From IMG/VR virus record IMGVR_UViG_3300007547_000015, positions 1-26,166 of that record: a stretch of 26,166 nt of DNA; one strand, given 5' to 3'. The notes beneath the pieces are model-generated. The model saw only the letters and a list, made by a program, of their open reading frames with translations. It had not been told where the DNA came from and did no database searches. Positions 8,831 through 19,005 of this stretch are shown here, piece after piece (the first letter of the stretch is position 1; the number at the start of each line of letters is the position of its first letter). Source of the stretch: a virus. Taxonomy: Duplodnaviria; Caudoviricetes. The position numbers and the translations under genes are program-made.

Positions 8831-9347
8831 TATTGTCTACTTTAAGGTTTAGGGCCTTTAAAAATTCGTCTTCGTTAACGGGAATTCCATCTTTTTCAAA
8901 TTGCTTTAGTTGTTCCAATGCAATCTGAAGGCGGTTATTCACATCATTAACCATTAATAACATATCAATGATGCCTTCAAGCATCTCCTTGTCTTCTGGG
9001 CGTTGGTGCGCTGACATCTTTTGGTTTCTGATTTGTTCCATCTTTCTGATGGCCCAATTCACACCGGAAGTTCCTCCCCAAATCAACCAAGCAACATAGC
9101 CACGGTCTTTCCAAGGTGTAGATGCGTACTTTGGGTCAACAGCAGCATTCTTACGATGACGTGCAAATGAAGCCATGCGGGCAATCGTAGATGTTGACAA
9201 ACTTTCTCTTGATGCGAGTTGGTTTGCTCTTGTCCACCCTACGATAGTTCCACCCTTAACCTCATTACCATACTCTTTCTTCCAACGCAATGCACGCTTT
9301 GCATTGTTGGTAGCAGAGATAGGATAGTCATTATAAGTTTTACCCAT
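8823..9347 (-). CDS. Conserved phage head-module protein of unknown function (174 aa)
   Basis: YNDYP...NNAKRAL.W...GT.VGW.RANQLA...LS..TI.RMASF.RH...GYVAWL.WGG..G..WA motif, which I recognise as recurrent next to or fused with prohead proteases; extra acidic helical tail. Confidence 0.75.
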   Translation of the reverse strand: MGKTYNDYPISATNNAKRALRWKKEYGNEVKGGTIVGWTRANQLASRESLSTSTIARMASFARHRKNAAVDPKYASTPWKDRGYVAWLIWGGTSGVNWAIRKMEQIRNQKMSAHQRPEDKEMLEGIIDMLLMVNDVNNRLQIALEQLKQFEKDGIPVNEDEFLKALNLKVDNNE

Positions 9348-9351
9348 TATA

Positions 9352-11910
9352 TCAATCTACAAAAATTGCTTCAACCTTTCCGTAAACATAGTCATCATAA
9401 AGACGAGCATCTGTGAATGATGAGATTACAACAGTTTCTCCGGTCTCGCTAATTTCTAATTTCTTATTAAAGAAATACCCATTATTAAAATAGAATACAG
9501 GGAACGCAGCATAGAACGAAATCTTTGATTCATATGCTGCCTTAAACTTCTCGGAGTTGGTTATATAGTCGTATCCATCAAGTGTAACGCCATTTCTTGT
9601 TGCGAAACGAAGGTCAAGTCTGGCTTCAATCACGTTGCTTGGATACCCTTGCAGTTTTATGTTTCCAAGAACCTTATATTGGTTTTGGTCTATCAATTGA
9701 CCGAATGAGTTTCTTCTAACCCAACGTGGATAACGCAATGTAACTTCATTGGCCATTTCAGACAAGTAGAATATACGTAGACCAATTTCATTGTATTTAC
9801 GAATCTGCCCCTTGATTTGGCCAACCTCCTGTACTGAAATTAATCCATCACGCATCAATAGGTCATCATTAAACACATCATCCTTTCCACAAACAGACTT
9901 GTCAATAGGATTTATTAGACCTGTAATGAACTCAATGGAATAATCACCGTTTCCATTAATGTCGTATTGGCCATCATAACTGCCAACCGAAAGTCCGTTT
10001 TCAAAAGAATCATATAGCCCTTCATTGTCTTTATTTAAAAGTTTTAGATTCTTTGGAGAATTTGTGCTTAGAGATACTTCGTATTCTTTAGCATCGTCTA
10101 TGTATTGGTCAATGGGTACTACGGCATCCCGTATGTCGTTCACATTGTCAAGTATAAAACCAAGTTTAGATGGCCTATAGTCATAGATTATGCTCAAATT
10201 AAAACGCTTCATCAAGTCAACAAACAAGTCGTATACTGATACTGATGTATTGTTTTCAAATGAGTCGGCAAAGGTAAACACGTCACCCGGAGAAGAGACA
10301 ATCACTCTTGAGTGGTTTGTTATTTTCAAACCAAATGATGGCCAACTATATCCATGAACCCTTGACTTCATTACGTCAGATTGGCGAAGTTCAACACCAA
10401 CCGCAAGTCCGGATGCAGTAACTACATTGTCTTCAATCTTCGTTGTCAAATGGTTCACCGTAAGTGAACCGCTTGTCATCGCAACAGATATTCCATAACT
10501 ATATCGTGTTCCTCCCAATATAGAATACGAAATTGAGTCATCAATGTATGCCGTAAAGTCATCAAAGTTTAATGTGTTTGCAAAATTCAAAAACTGAAAT
10601 TCGCTACCGCTAAACGCATCTGGAAAATCCATACCTGTTCCGTTTGAAACGGATACCGCTGTTAACTTCAATGGCAGACCCTGCTCATCAACAAGTGGAA
10701 TGCGATATGTTGGGGATGCGGATGTTACGTACCCTGCATATATGTCAAGGTATGGGGTAAATTCAGCATTTGCCAACGAACTTCCATATATCTGAATAGC
10801 GGTCGGAATTATTGAATCGTAATACTCAATCTCTGATGAAAGGATTGTGTAGTTTAATCCACTAACAAGCAAAGAGTTACTACCGCTTGCAAATGAAAAC
10901 TTCGCATCAAACTCGTTGCTATAGGCAATGTATCCAATGTTTTCGTCACCGTAGTCAGTAACCCCAGATGATGTCCTGTGTTGATAGGCGTAGACTCTGT
11001 CAATATCATTCTCCGCTGAAGGGTCATAGTTTGTTGGGCCATGAGCCTCGTATGTGTCCCTTAAAAGGATTTTGTAATTGGTAATGTTTTCAGCATTAAA
11101 ATAAGTCAGCGTACCATTCAAGTCAACCTCTATTGGGTCAAGCGTAGTTTGGTCTACGTTGTTTGTTACGTTATATGGGAAAGGGAAGATGTAGCCAAGG
11201 CGAGTATCTTCCCTTGTGCCTGACAGGGCGGTTGGGTATAGTACGTATAAGTCATTTGAAGTCCAAGATGATATTCCATCAATGAACTTTGAATAAACGT
11301 CAAATCCTAATGTTCCGAATACACGGCTGAAAAAACTCTGAACACTTAATGCAGGAAACAATCCAACATTGTAGTTGTGAATGCCCCACGTTGTGAATTG
11401 ACGTGATGGGAATCCATCCCTTTTCTGAATGTCATCAACATCAATAAACGGAATCTCAATGTCCCGGTTTTGATAATCTTGATTAAGATTAAGGTATGTT
11501 GAGAGCGTTCTCTCTGTTGTAGAAAACGCATCCGAATATATATCAGAAAACTTTAAGTCCTTTAACTTCTTTGAGAAGTCTGAAACATTGTCATTGAACT
11601 CAATATTAAAGAAAGGCTCTGTGCTATTTATTGTAACGCTAACAAACCTACACACGCCAGATGAGACGAGTAGGTCGTTTATGTACAATGAGTATTCCCT
11701 CTCTAATGCCGTGACATTTCCAAGGCTAACAGAATCGTTATATTGAAATATAGCCTTATTTACTGTGGTGTATGGCAGTTTCTGTTCAAAGGAAAATGGT
11801 ATCCTTACTGACTCGGGTGATTGACTGTTGTAGTAGTCAAACGAAAGCGCAACTTCTTGCCCCGGAAATAGGTCAGCGGTTGCCCCGTTAATTAATAATT
11901 TATAACTCAC
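9352..11910 (-). CDS. Tail tip / baseplate hub-like structural protein (852 aa, GTG start)
   Basis: Second gene after the tape measure; L.ING...DLF N-terminus and DLMKRFNL motif typical of Bacteroidota phage tail-tip proteins; GTGA overlap with the upstream gene. Confidence 0.7.
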   Translation of the reverse strand: MSYKLLINGATADLFPGQEVALSFDYYNSQSPESVRIPFSFEQKLPYTTVNKAIFQYNDSVSLGNVTALEREYSLYINDLLVSSGVCRFVSVTINSTEPFFNIEFNDNVSDFSKKLKDLKFSDIYSDAFSTTERTLSTYLNLNQDYQNRDIEIPFIDVDDIQKRDGFPSRQFTTWGIHNYNVGLFPALSVQSFFSRVFGTLGFDVYSKFIDGISSWTSNDLYVLYPTALSGTREDTRLGYIFPFPYNVTNNVDQTTLDPIEVDLNGTLTYFNAENITNYKILLRDTYEAHGPTNYDPSAENDIDRVYAYQHRTSSGVTDYGDENIGYIAYSNEFDAKFSFASGSNSLLVSGLNYTILSSEIEYYDSIIPTAIQIYGSSLANAEFTPYLDIYAGYVTSASPTYRIPLVDEQGLPLKLTAVSVSNGTGMDFPDAFSGSEFQFLNFANTLNFDDFTAYIDDSISYSILGGTRYSYGISVAMTSGSLTVNHLTTKIEDNVVTASGLAVGVELRQSDVMKSRVHGYSWPSFGLKITNHSRVIVSSPGDVFTFADSFENNTSVSVYDLFVDLMKRFNLSIIYDYRPSKLGFILDNVNDIRDAVVPIDQYIDDAKEYEVSLSTNSPKNLKLLNKDNEGLYDSFENGLSVGSYDGQYDINGNGDYSIEFITGLINPIDKSVCGKDDVFNDDLLMRDGLISVQEVGQIKGQIRKYNEIGLRIFYLSEMANEVTLRYPRWVRRNSFGQLIDQNQYKVLGNIKLQGYPSNVIEARLDLRFATRNGVTLDGYDYITNSEKFKAAYESKISFYAAFPVFYFNNGYFFNKKLEISETGETVVISSFTDARLYDDYVYGKVEAIFVD
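9354..9362 (-). promoter_or_regulatory. TTGTAGATT motif 6 nt upstream of the ATG opening the head block
   Basis: Minus strand TTTGTAGATTGATATAATG. Confidence 0.55.
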
Positions 11911-12542
11911 GGAACTGCTATTTTGAACTCAATTGCCTTTTTAAACTTGTTATTCAATGTGTCAAATGATGAACTATTCATAACAATTTTATACGCAACA
12001 CTTCCCTGTGCCTTACAAGAATCTACAAGATATAGTTCCGTGCTTAACAATGCGGGTAGCATATTGTTGACGAGGAATCTACGCTTATCGTCAATTGTAA
12101 GAGAGTATTCCAACTTCGTGTTGTACACAGTCATTCTATTTGAGTAGTGCGCCTTCTCAATGGCGTATTGAATCCTGTATGAATTTACTTCTTCAAGCGA
12201 CTGATATAAACCATAACCACTAATGAATATACTAAAACCATTCATTGTCTGAATGTTTAGTGAGTACATTTCATTATCATATGTTACTATGAATGAACCT
12301 TGACCCGGTTCGGACGGAGACCATCCATTGAAAATACCATATATAAAGTCAGTACCATGCGTAAGCACAACAACATCACCATATATGGCATCATTGCTTG
12401 TCGTGTCTCCAACGTCTAAAATAAAGTTAACTAAAGCCTTTCCGGCACCAATAACTGTTACGCTACTTATGACACCACTCGCAACCCCGGAGCCTGGTGA
12501 CCCAAACGGAGTACCTTTAAATACTAAATGATAGTTTGACAT
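11907..12542 (-). CDS. Probable distal tail protein (211 aa)
   Basis: Immediately after the tape measure with TAATG coupling; beta-rich. Function inferred from position. Confidence 0.55.
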   Translation of the reverse strand: MSNYHLVFKGTPFGSPGSGVASGVISSVTVIGAGKALVNFILDVGDTTSNDAIYGDVVVLTHGTDFIYGIFNGWSPSEPGQGSFIVTYDNEMYSLNIQTMNGFSIFISGYGLYQSLEEVNSYRIQYAIEKAHYSNRMTVYNTKLEYSLTIDDKRRFLVNNMLPALLSTELYLVDSCKAQGSVAYKIVMNSSSFDTLNNKFKKAIEFKIAVP

Positions 12543-15500
12543 TATAGGTTTCTATTTCTTTCTTTAATTCTACGAGCCGTTTCATCACGAGAAATGTCAT
12601 CCGAAGATACAAAAGCACGGACAGGTTTAGATACATTAATTGCAGTATTAACCGTTGCCTCTGCAATTGCCTCAAGGTACTCAAGTTGCTTTTGTGTTGC
12701 CTCTTGCCCTGTAACAATTCCACCTTTTGCAAAACTATAGGATGATGTTTGTGTCCCATTGATTTTGTCAAGCACGCTCTTGTAACGCTTGGTTGAATAC
12801 TTATTTACAATGTACTCACCGCCCTCCATTTCATATCCACCACGGCCATTGACCGTAAAAGGTACTCCTCCGTTGGCATGACTCGGCCCGTAAACCAAAC
12901 CACCCTCTGCAAATTTCTTTGGATAGAATTTTCTCTGGTTCAATGCACGCATTTCAGATGCATATGATGCTGATGCTAACAATGTTGTTGCAACGGTCAT
13001 CAATGCAAGTGTTGCCGGGTCGGCACGCCCTTCCTTAATGATAAGGTTCGGGATGATAGATGCAAGAGCCTCAAGGAAGTCAATACGAGCCTTTTCTGCA
13101 TCACGCTTCTTCTCGGACTCAAAAATCTTCTTGTCAATTTGGTTTTGGCCTTGAATCTCTTTGCGCTTTATAGCAGCAAGACGTGCTGCGTATTCCTCTT
13201 GGCTGATTAACTGATTCTCAATTTGAGCATCAAGTAACTTTTCCTCGTATTCAGCACGCTCTGAAATCAATGCCTTCTCTTGCTCAAGTCGGGCCTTTAG
13301 TGCCTCAAGAGCAGCATCCTGTTGTTGGTTATATATCTCGGACGTTAGTTCAGCAGCATCAGTAAGGAACTTCTTAAGTTCTTTTGCAAAAGCCTCTAAG
13401 TTCTTTATGCGCTGTGCATCAATAGCCTTTGAGTCTGCATCACTTCTATCTTGAAGGTCTTTTTGAATTTTCTCTGCTTCCTTTACTGCTGCATCATCAA
13501 TCCTTGGATATATAGTCAAGGTAAATATTGATTGAAACAAATCAATAATTTCTTGAGATACTCCGGACTCTTTTAATCTTTTAAGGTACTCGCTCAATAT
13601 AGCATCAGCAGCCTCTTTTGCTGCCTCTGTACCGCTATCTTGAAGTACAGACGTTATTGAAGATTGAACTGACTTCATCCAATCTTTTAAGTCATCTGGG
13701 GTAAGTGCGAGTTGGGCTATGCTGTCAGTTAATTGGTCAACTCCGTTTATTAGAGTGTCCGTATCAAGTACGTTCTTTAAACGCTTACCATCAATCGTAA
13801 CATATGCCTGCTTCCAACGGTTCTCAAACTCTGATATTGATGCTGAGAACTCTTCGTTTGCATCTGTCTCAAGTTTAGTCAACTCAATGCTCAATCGCAA
13901 CGCCTCTTCTGCATTTCCGTCCTGTGCTGCATTTGCTATGCGCAATTCATACAGTTCCTTTTGTTGTGCGATTTGCTGCTTTCTTGCTTCAATATCTTCC
14001 TGTATGCGCTTCTTTTCTTTATTAAACGCTGTATTAATTGCTTTCTCAAGTTCACGTCTGCGCTTTTCCTCGTCTTCTTCTATTTGACTAACGTATGGAG
14101 CGAGAAGGTTTAATTGATTCTGAAGTGCTGAAACACGTAGTTCGTTTTGAGCATAAGCCTCTTCGTCCATTGCCACAAGGCCCGCTTGCATCTTTAGGTT
14201 GGCTTCATAGTAACCGCTTAGTTCTTTCTGTATTTTGACTGAAAGTTTCCCCGCACGAGCGATAGCATCACTATTGGTTTTTTCCTTCTTGAGAATCTCA
14301 TTGAGTTCCCCACTATACTTTGATTGAACTGACGTTCTTATTGCCTGTGCTTTGCGCAGTTCTTTCTCTTGGTATACTATTTTTGTCATTTGGGAGTTGA
14401 CACCAATCAATCCCTCAATAAATTCATCATTTGTTGTTTTTGACAATTCTTTCATCCAATAGTTTGCTCTATCCAAGTCAGCACCAACTCCTGCGCTGCC
14501 TGCAAGCATTCTTTGAAAATCAAAAGAACCTAAAGCAACATCAAATTCATTAGCGTATCCTATTAATGATAGCAAGTCTTGCTCTGAGATTTTTGCTGCC
14601 TCAGACACCCTTTTGAACGCATCGCTGTTCGCTTTTGCAACCGTGCTTCCCGATAACTCAAGAATCTTAAATGCCGTTTGGGCCTGCGAAACAGTACCAT
14701 CTACAACCGTGTCTATTGACTTTCTTAACTCAACATTGTTATTCGCTTGTGCTTGATTGATAATCTTGTAAGAGCGAGCCAATTCTTTTGTTGACTGACT
14801 AAAGAAGCCTATGATGCTTAAGAATGTTTCAGAGTCCTGTATTACAGCACCAATTGATAACTTAAATTCATCAAATGCACTTTTTAATATGTCAATCTGT
14901 GCAGCAGATGTTGACATCTGTGCAGATGTTGCAACAAGCGTACTGTAGTAACTATATGTCTTATCGCTAAGTATCTCAATAGCATCTACGTTCTGTGCAA
15001 GTATAAGCAATTGTCCCGCTGCTGTTTTTCCAACAAGTTCCTCCGCCTTTGCGAGACTTATGTTTTGAGAGTTTAATTGCTTTAGTACGTCAATATAATT
15101 CTCTCCATTTGCAGCCAACTCAAGGAAAACCTTACGAAGACCCGTACCTATTCTCGATGCTGTGATTCCGTTATCAGCAAGCAATCGCATAGATGCAGCG
15201 GTTGATTCAAATGATGCTCCCGCTGAACGAGCCACAGGCCCAACATATTGAATCGCTGTTGAAAACGACTGCAATGATAACGCAGAACTATTAACGGCAT
15301 CCGTAAGAATCCTTGCCGTTTTTGCTGACTCTGATGCGCCAAAACCAAACTGATTATTTACCTTAAGTATGGCCTCTCCTGTTTCGGACAATCCCGTTCC
15401 CATTGCTTGCGCTGCAATAGCGACAGGCTCAAGTAATGATTTAACCTCTGAAGATGTTGCACCAAGTTTAGCAAGAGACACGGCAAGGTCAGCAGTTTCT

Positions 15501-16579
15501 CCCGCTGTAAAGCGTGTCGTAACAGCAACCCTACGAATCTCATTTTCCATTGATTTTAAGGATTCTCCGGTAGCCCCGGTGATTGCAGATAGTCTGCCAA
15601 TCTTATCCTCAAAATCAATAAAAGATTTTACAGAATCAACAAGTACCTTCTTTACAAACTGAAACGCTGCGCCTACACCGCCAAGCACTCCTGCATAAGT
15701 AAGTAAGCGACCCGCAGCCTTACCAATCTGGTCAGCATTCAATACACTCTTTAGACCCGATACAAATCCTTTTTCTGCCGTAGCCTTTCCATAGGTGCTT
15801 TGCAGCACCGACATTGATTGGCGGAGTTTGTCAAGGTTTGTCGTTAGTTTTTTTACTAACTCGGCATTCTCTTGTGTATTTTTATTTGAAGATGTAAGAT
15901 TCTGAATTTGATTCTTAGTCTTCTGAATATTCTTTACGTACTGCTGCTCTAACTTTCTGTACTCCGTCTCTGTGAGTTTTGCAATCTCAGAGTTGGTCTT
16001 TCCCTTTTTTACAAGTGCGTCAATGTTGGCAGCATACTCACGCATTTTTGCGTTGAGCGTGTTTAAGTTGTTTGCTTGGTCAACATATTGCTGTTCTCTG
16101 GATGTCTTTGCATTGGCGGTGGCTTGGGCTTTCGCCTCATCCTCTTGCCGTCTGCGTGCAACCCTTGCTAACTCTTGCTCTCTGGCTAACTTTTTGTCAT
16201 CAGCCTCTGCTTGCTTTCTTTGTAATTCTCTTAAATCGTTCTCCTTCTTTACAACACTACCTACCGCATCAGCATACGCCAATTGGCTTTTCTCTAACAG
16301 AACTATCTTTCCTCCAAGAACCCCAACTGTTTTTGCTACATCTTCATTGGTCTTCGCTAATTCAGAATTTTTACTATTGTACTCTGATACCTTGTTAATG
16401 TATTCTTGCGCCCGTTTATTTAGCGCAGCAAGCGCACTACCCTGAAGTTTTTGGATTTCTCCTGACGTTGCACCTACTTGCGTAGCAAACATTTTGGCTT
16501 CAGTCGTGAGTCTTTTGTACTCATTCGTGATGTCAATCAATGTCTGCTTTAAAATAGCGGATTGGTCTCTTGAAGCCAT
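12542..16579 (-). CDS. Tail tape measure protein (~1345 aa)
   Basis: TP901-type core (LSAITGATG...TTRFTAGETA...LADNGITASRIGTGLR), long coiled coils, C-terminal FAEGG...GPSHANGGV...EGGEYIVN. Start reassigned to ATG 16579, 1 nt after the upstream stop. Confidence 0.95.
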   Translation of the reverse strand: MASRDQSAILKQTLIDITNEYKRLTTEAKMFATQVGATSGEIQKLQGSALAALNKRAQEYINKVSEYNSKNSELAKTNEDVAKTVGVLGGKIVLLEKSQLAYADAVGSVVKKENDLRELQRKQAEADDKKLAREQELARVARRRQEDEAKAQATANAKTSREQQYVDQANNLNTLNAKMREYAANIDALVKKGKTNSEIAKLTETEYRKLEQQYVKNIQKTKNQIQNLTSSNKNTQENAELVKKLTTNLDKLRQSMSVLQSTYGKATAEKGFVSGLKSVLNADQIGKAAGRLLTYAGVLGGVGAAFQFVKKVLVDSVKSFIDFEDKIGRLSAITGATGESLKSMENEIRRVAVTTRFTAGETADLAVSLAKLGATSSEVKSLLEPVAIAAQAMGTGLSETGEAILKVNNQFGFGASESAKTARILTDAVNSSALSLQSFSTAIQYVGPVARSAGASFESTAASMRLLADNGITASRIGTGLRKVFLELAANGENYIDVLKQLNSQNISLAKAEELVGKTAAGQLLILAQNVDAIEILSDKTYSYYSTLVATSAQMSTSAAQIDILKSAFDEFKLSIGAVIQDSETFLSIIGFFSQSTKELARSYKIINQAQANNNVELRKSIDTVVDGTVSQAQTAFKILELSGSTVAKANSDAFKRVSEAAKISEQDLLSLIGYANEFDVALGSFDFQRMLAGSAGVGADLDRANYWMKELSKTTNDEFIEGLIGVNSQMTKIVYQEKELRKAQAIRTSVQSKYSGELNEILKKEKTNSDAIARAGKLSVKIQKELSGYYEANLKMQAGLVAMDEEAYAQNELRVSALQNQLNLLAPYVSQIEEDEEKRRRELEKAINTAFNKEKKRIQEDIEARKQQIAQQKELYELRIANAAQDGNAEEALRLSIELTKLETDANEEFSASISEFENRWKQAYVTIDGKRLKNVLDTDTLINGVDQLTDSIAQLALTPDDLKDWMKSVQSSITSVLQDSGTEAAKEAADAILSEYLKRLKESGVSQEIIDLFQSIFTLTIYPRIDDAAVKEAEKIQKDLQDRSDADSKAIDAQRIKNLEAFAKELKKFLTDAAELTSEIYNQQQDAALEALKARLEQEKALISERAEYEEKLLDAQIENQLISQEEYAARLAAIKRKEIQGQNQIDKKIFESEKKRDAEKARIDFLEALASIIPNLIIKEGRADPATLALMTVATTLLASASYASEMRALNQRKFYPKKFAEGGLVYGPSHANGGVPFTVNGRGGYEMEGGEYIVNKYSTKRYKSVLDKINGTQTSSYSFAKGGIVTGQEATQKQLEYLEAIAEATVNTAINVSKPVRAFVSSDDISRDETARRIKERNRNL

Positions 16580-16580
16580 A

Positions 16581-17192
16581 TTAGAAAAGTGTCGCTTTAA
16601 TGTTTGCAATTGCCTCTTCAAGCAACTGAATTTCTAAATAATTTACAAATTCATCTATGCCTTCATCAATAGCATCTGATGCTTTATCCCTTGCAATAGA
16701 AAGCAACCTACTCGTATTTTCTACGTTGTTCCCGTTTGCAATTAGTTTCTTTCCAACGAACCAAACAAACGACTTTAACTTAGTTCGTGTTGATAGGTCA
16801 ACATCTTTTACAAATGTGGATGCAGGCTTCCGAATAGCCCAAGAACGGATGCTATCAAAAATTCCGTAATTAGCAGGTCTGCTCAAGAATGCTGTCGTTG
16901 TTCCATCATTTCTAAATTCCTCATCAAGGAACTTAATGTATGGCGCACCAAGAAGTCTAAGGTCAACAACAACATTAAAATTGACAAGCATATTCGTTTC
17001 CGAAAACTGCGTACCCCTAACCTTCAATGAGTTATTGTAGGAAATCCTCGTGATGACCTTCTCCATTTGTCCAGAGGCTTTTTGCCCCTTTCGTTCAGCC
17101 TCACTCAAAATGGCTTCCCTAATCCTATAAGATTTTAGTTTCTTTATTAGGATTGAACGCAGTACACCAATTTGCTTTTGGCGTGAAATCAT
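16581..17192 (-). CDS. Basic neck/tail-completion-type protein (203 aa)
   Basis: KASG, YIKFLD and I.SW...K motifs reminiscent of HK97 gp10-like/virion morphogenesis proteins; ATGA-coupled to the upstream microprotein. Confidence 0.55.
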   Translation of the reverse strand: MISRQKQIGVLRSILIKKLKSYRIREAILSEAERKGQKASGQMEKVITRISYNNSLKVRGTQFSETNMLVNFNVVVDLRLLGAPYIKFLDEEFRNDGTTTAFLSRPANYGIFDSIRSWAIRKPASTFVKDVDLSTRTKLKSFVWFVGKKLIANGNNVENTSRLLSIARDKASDAIDEGIDEFVNYLEIQLLEEAIANIKATLF

Positions 17193-17338
17193 TGCTCTAC
17201 CGTGAGGTGGCTACCGCAACGCTTGCATTGCTTTGACTCGCTTACATTACCGCACTCACGGCACTTATGTGTCTTTACAACTACTTGAGCCTCTACGATT
17301 GGCTGTTCAGCCTTTGGGGTTGTTTTTCTCTTTGCCAT
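17189..17338 (-). CDS. 49-aa zinc-ribbon microprotein (not in ORF track)
   Basis: Hand translation MAKRKTTPKAEQPIVEAQVVVKTHKCRECGNVSESKQCKRCGSHLTVEQ*; CxxCG-x7-CxxCG. It exactly fills the gap: 2 nt after the upstream stop, ATGA overlap downstream. Confidence 0.88.
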   Translation of the reverse strand: MAKRKTTPKAEQPIVEAQVVVKTHKCRECGNVSESKQCKRCGSHLTVEQ

Positions 17339-17340
17339 AA

Positions 17341-18990
17341 TTATACTATGTAATTAAATTCTTGGCTGTTTGGCCAATCGTTTGGTATATCGTAATACTT
17401 TCCGTTTATACCTATGTAAAGTTTGAAACTAACAATGGTTGATGCATTATTCAACAAAAACGAAATACTTGCTTCGTATGGGTCATTGATTGATGCGCCA
17501 ATCAGCAAGAATCCTGTGTTTATATTGTTTGATGATTGCATAACCGACTCAATGATTGTTCCAGAACCATAATCCTCAACAAGAAGTAACTCAATTGTTG
17601 ACGAGCCGGAGAACAATAGAGAGTAGCCGGTATCAATATCTTTCACGTTTATTGACGCACCATTTGCTTGCGTATTTACTAAAGCGGAATGAAAGTCAAG
17701 TGGCCAATATCCCTCTATGGTGTAATCTGTTCCGTCTACCGACACAACTCTTGACGGGTTCGTCAAGAAGTACATTGTATTTCTATCAACATCAACATAT
17801 GCTGAAGAAATTGACAAAGTGCCTCCGGAGAACAAAGGAGCAACTACCTCATAAACCAAATAAGAAACTTTTAATCTATCCTTGCCTTCGCCAACAGAAG
17901 CGGAAGGCAGCCCCACCTCTACTGTGGAAGTTGTTCCGCCAAGAAAGGAATAGTTAGAGGCAACAGCAAGTAAATCAAGGGAAGTATGTAATCCATCGTA
18001 ATATTCAGATAATGGCTTCAATACAACATTAACATCCGAACTTGACTTAGCGTAAACACTATAGTTTAACGTATTTGATTTCAAGTCAATTGAAGGTATG
18101 GCCGTGCCACCAAAAAACAATTCAGCAGACTGCTGTGTTTCTGCAATTGCTAATGAAATGTTCGGTATGAACACACATCCAGTTGGTCTTGAGTATGAAT
18201 CACCATACAACGCTCCGGCTCCATCCTTAAAGTAAATACTAACGCTACACTCGCCAGAAGGAGGAACGCCTTGAGTGAATACAAAGTCCCTCGCTATGCT
18301 TGAGTAATATACGTTGCTGCTTGAGACTGTGTGTTGAAGTTGATATGTCGTTGAGTCAATTCCGACAATATCAATAAACATAACCTTATTCAGGTAATCT
18401 GATGTTATATTTTCAATATATATCGGGAATCTTTCTTTTATAATGTTAAAATCATATCCTGCTACATACTGACCTACGTTTACAAAAGAAAGACCTGTCG
18501 GGGGTGGTGGTGTTCCTCCTCCTCCGCCTCCGTTGTTCGGGACTTCATAGTCCATAATTGCCACGCCACCATTGTGATTTGAACGCTCAAATGTTACGTT
18601 AAAGTTTGTGTAAGCAACGACAATATTATAATCCTCCCCATCCACATTAACAAAGTCAACCTCGTCAAAGTCAACTGAAATGTCTTGTTGTAGGAGGTAG
18701 TCTTGGAATTGAGAGATAACGAATAGATTCTCTTCAATGGCCTGCAACTCTGCTCTATCGTCACCGCTGATTGTCTTATCAAGCATAACGACAGAAAACT
18801 CAATGCTATACGTTGGGGCATTCAACTCACGTGAGATGTTTGAGTTGGCCACTATCAACTGCATAGAACGGTGCTTGAAGTCAAGACCCTGAAGTTCTTC
18901 TTCGCTCCCAAGCAACCCAAACTCATTAATCATCAAGTGGCCGTCAGCGAACGCCTTGGTGATGTCGTAAAACTCTAACAAAGTTCTCAT
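17341..18990 (-). CDS. Tail terminator/completion-like domain fused via a Gly/Pro linker to a ~385-aa beta-rich extension (549 aa)
   Basis: The first ~140 aa (FADGHLMINEFG...YSIEFSVVMLD) fit tail-terminator-like proteins; then NNGGGGGGTPPPPTG; then a Ser/Tyr/Val/Gly-rich region. Confidence 0.6.
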   Translation of the reverse strand: MRTLLEFYDITKAFADGHLMINEFGLLGSEEELQGLDFKHRSMQLIVANSNISRELNAPTYSIEFSVVMLDKTISGDDRAELQAIEENLFVISQFQDYLLQQDISVDFDEVDFVNVDGEDYNIVVAYTNFNVTFERSNHNGGVAIMDYEVPNNGGGGGGTPPPPTGLSFVNVGQYVAGYDFNIIKERFPIYIENITSDYLNKVMFIDIVGIDSTTYQLQHTVSSSNVYYSSIARDFVFTQGVPPSGECSVSIYFKDGAGALYGDSYSRPTGCVFIPNISLAIAETQQSAELFFGGTAIPSIDLKSNTLNYSVYAKSSSDVNVVLKPLSEYYDGLHTSLDLLAVASNYSFLGGTTSTVEVGLPSASVGEGKDRLKVSYLVYEVVAPLFSGGTLSISSAYVDVDRNTMYFLTNPSRVVSVDGTDYTIEGYWPLDFHSALVNTQANGASINVKDIDTGYSLLFSGSSTIELLLVEDYGSGTIIESVMQSSNNINTGFLLIGASINDPYEASISFLLNNASTIVSFKLYIGINGKYYDIPNDWPNSQEFNYIV

Positions 18991-18995
18991 AGTGT

Positions 18996-19004
18996 AATCT
19001 ACAA
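18996..19004 (-). promoter_or_regulatory. TTGTAGATT motif 5 nt upstream of the ATG opening the tail block
   Basis: Fills most of the 15-nt intergenic gap: TAA-T-TTGTAGATT-ACACT-ATG. Confidence 0.6.
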
Positions 19005-19005
19005 A

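Noticed and set aside
17749-17768. Hairpin TCTTGACG-GGTT-CGTCAAGA inside the 549-aa gene
   Set aside because: Single 8-bp stem in coding sequence without a U-tract; plausible by chance in 26 kb.
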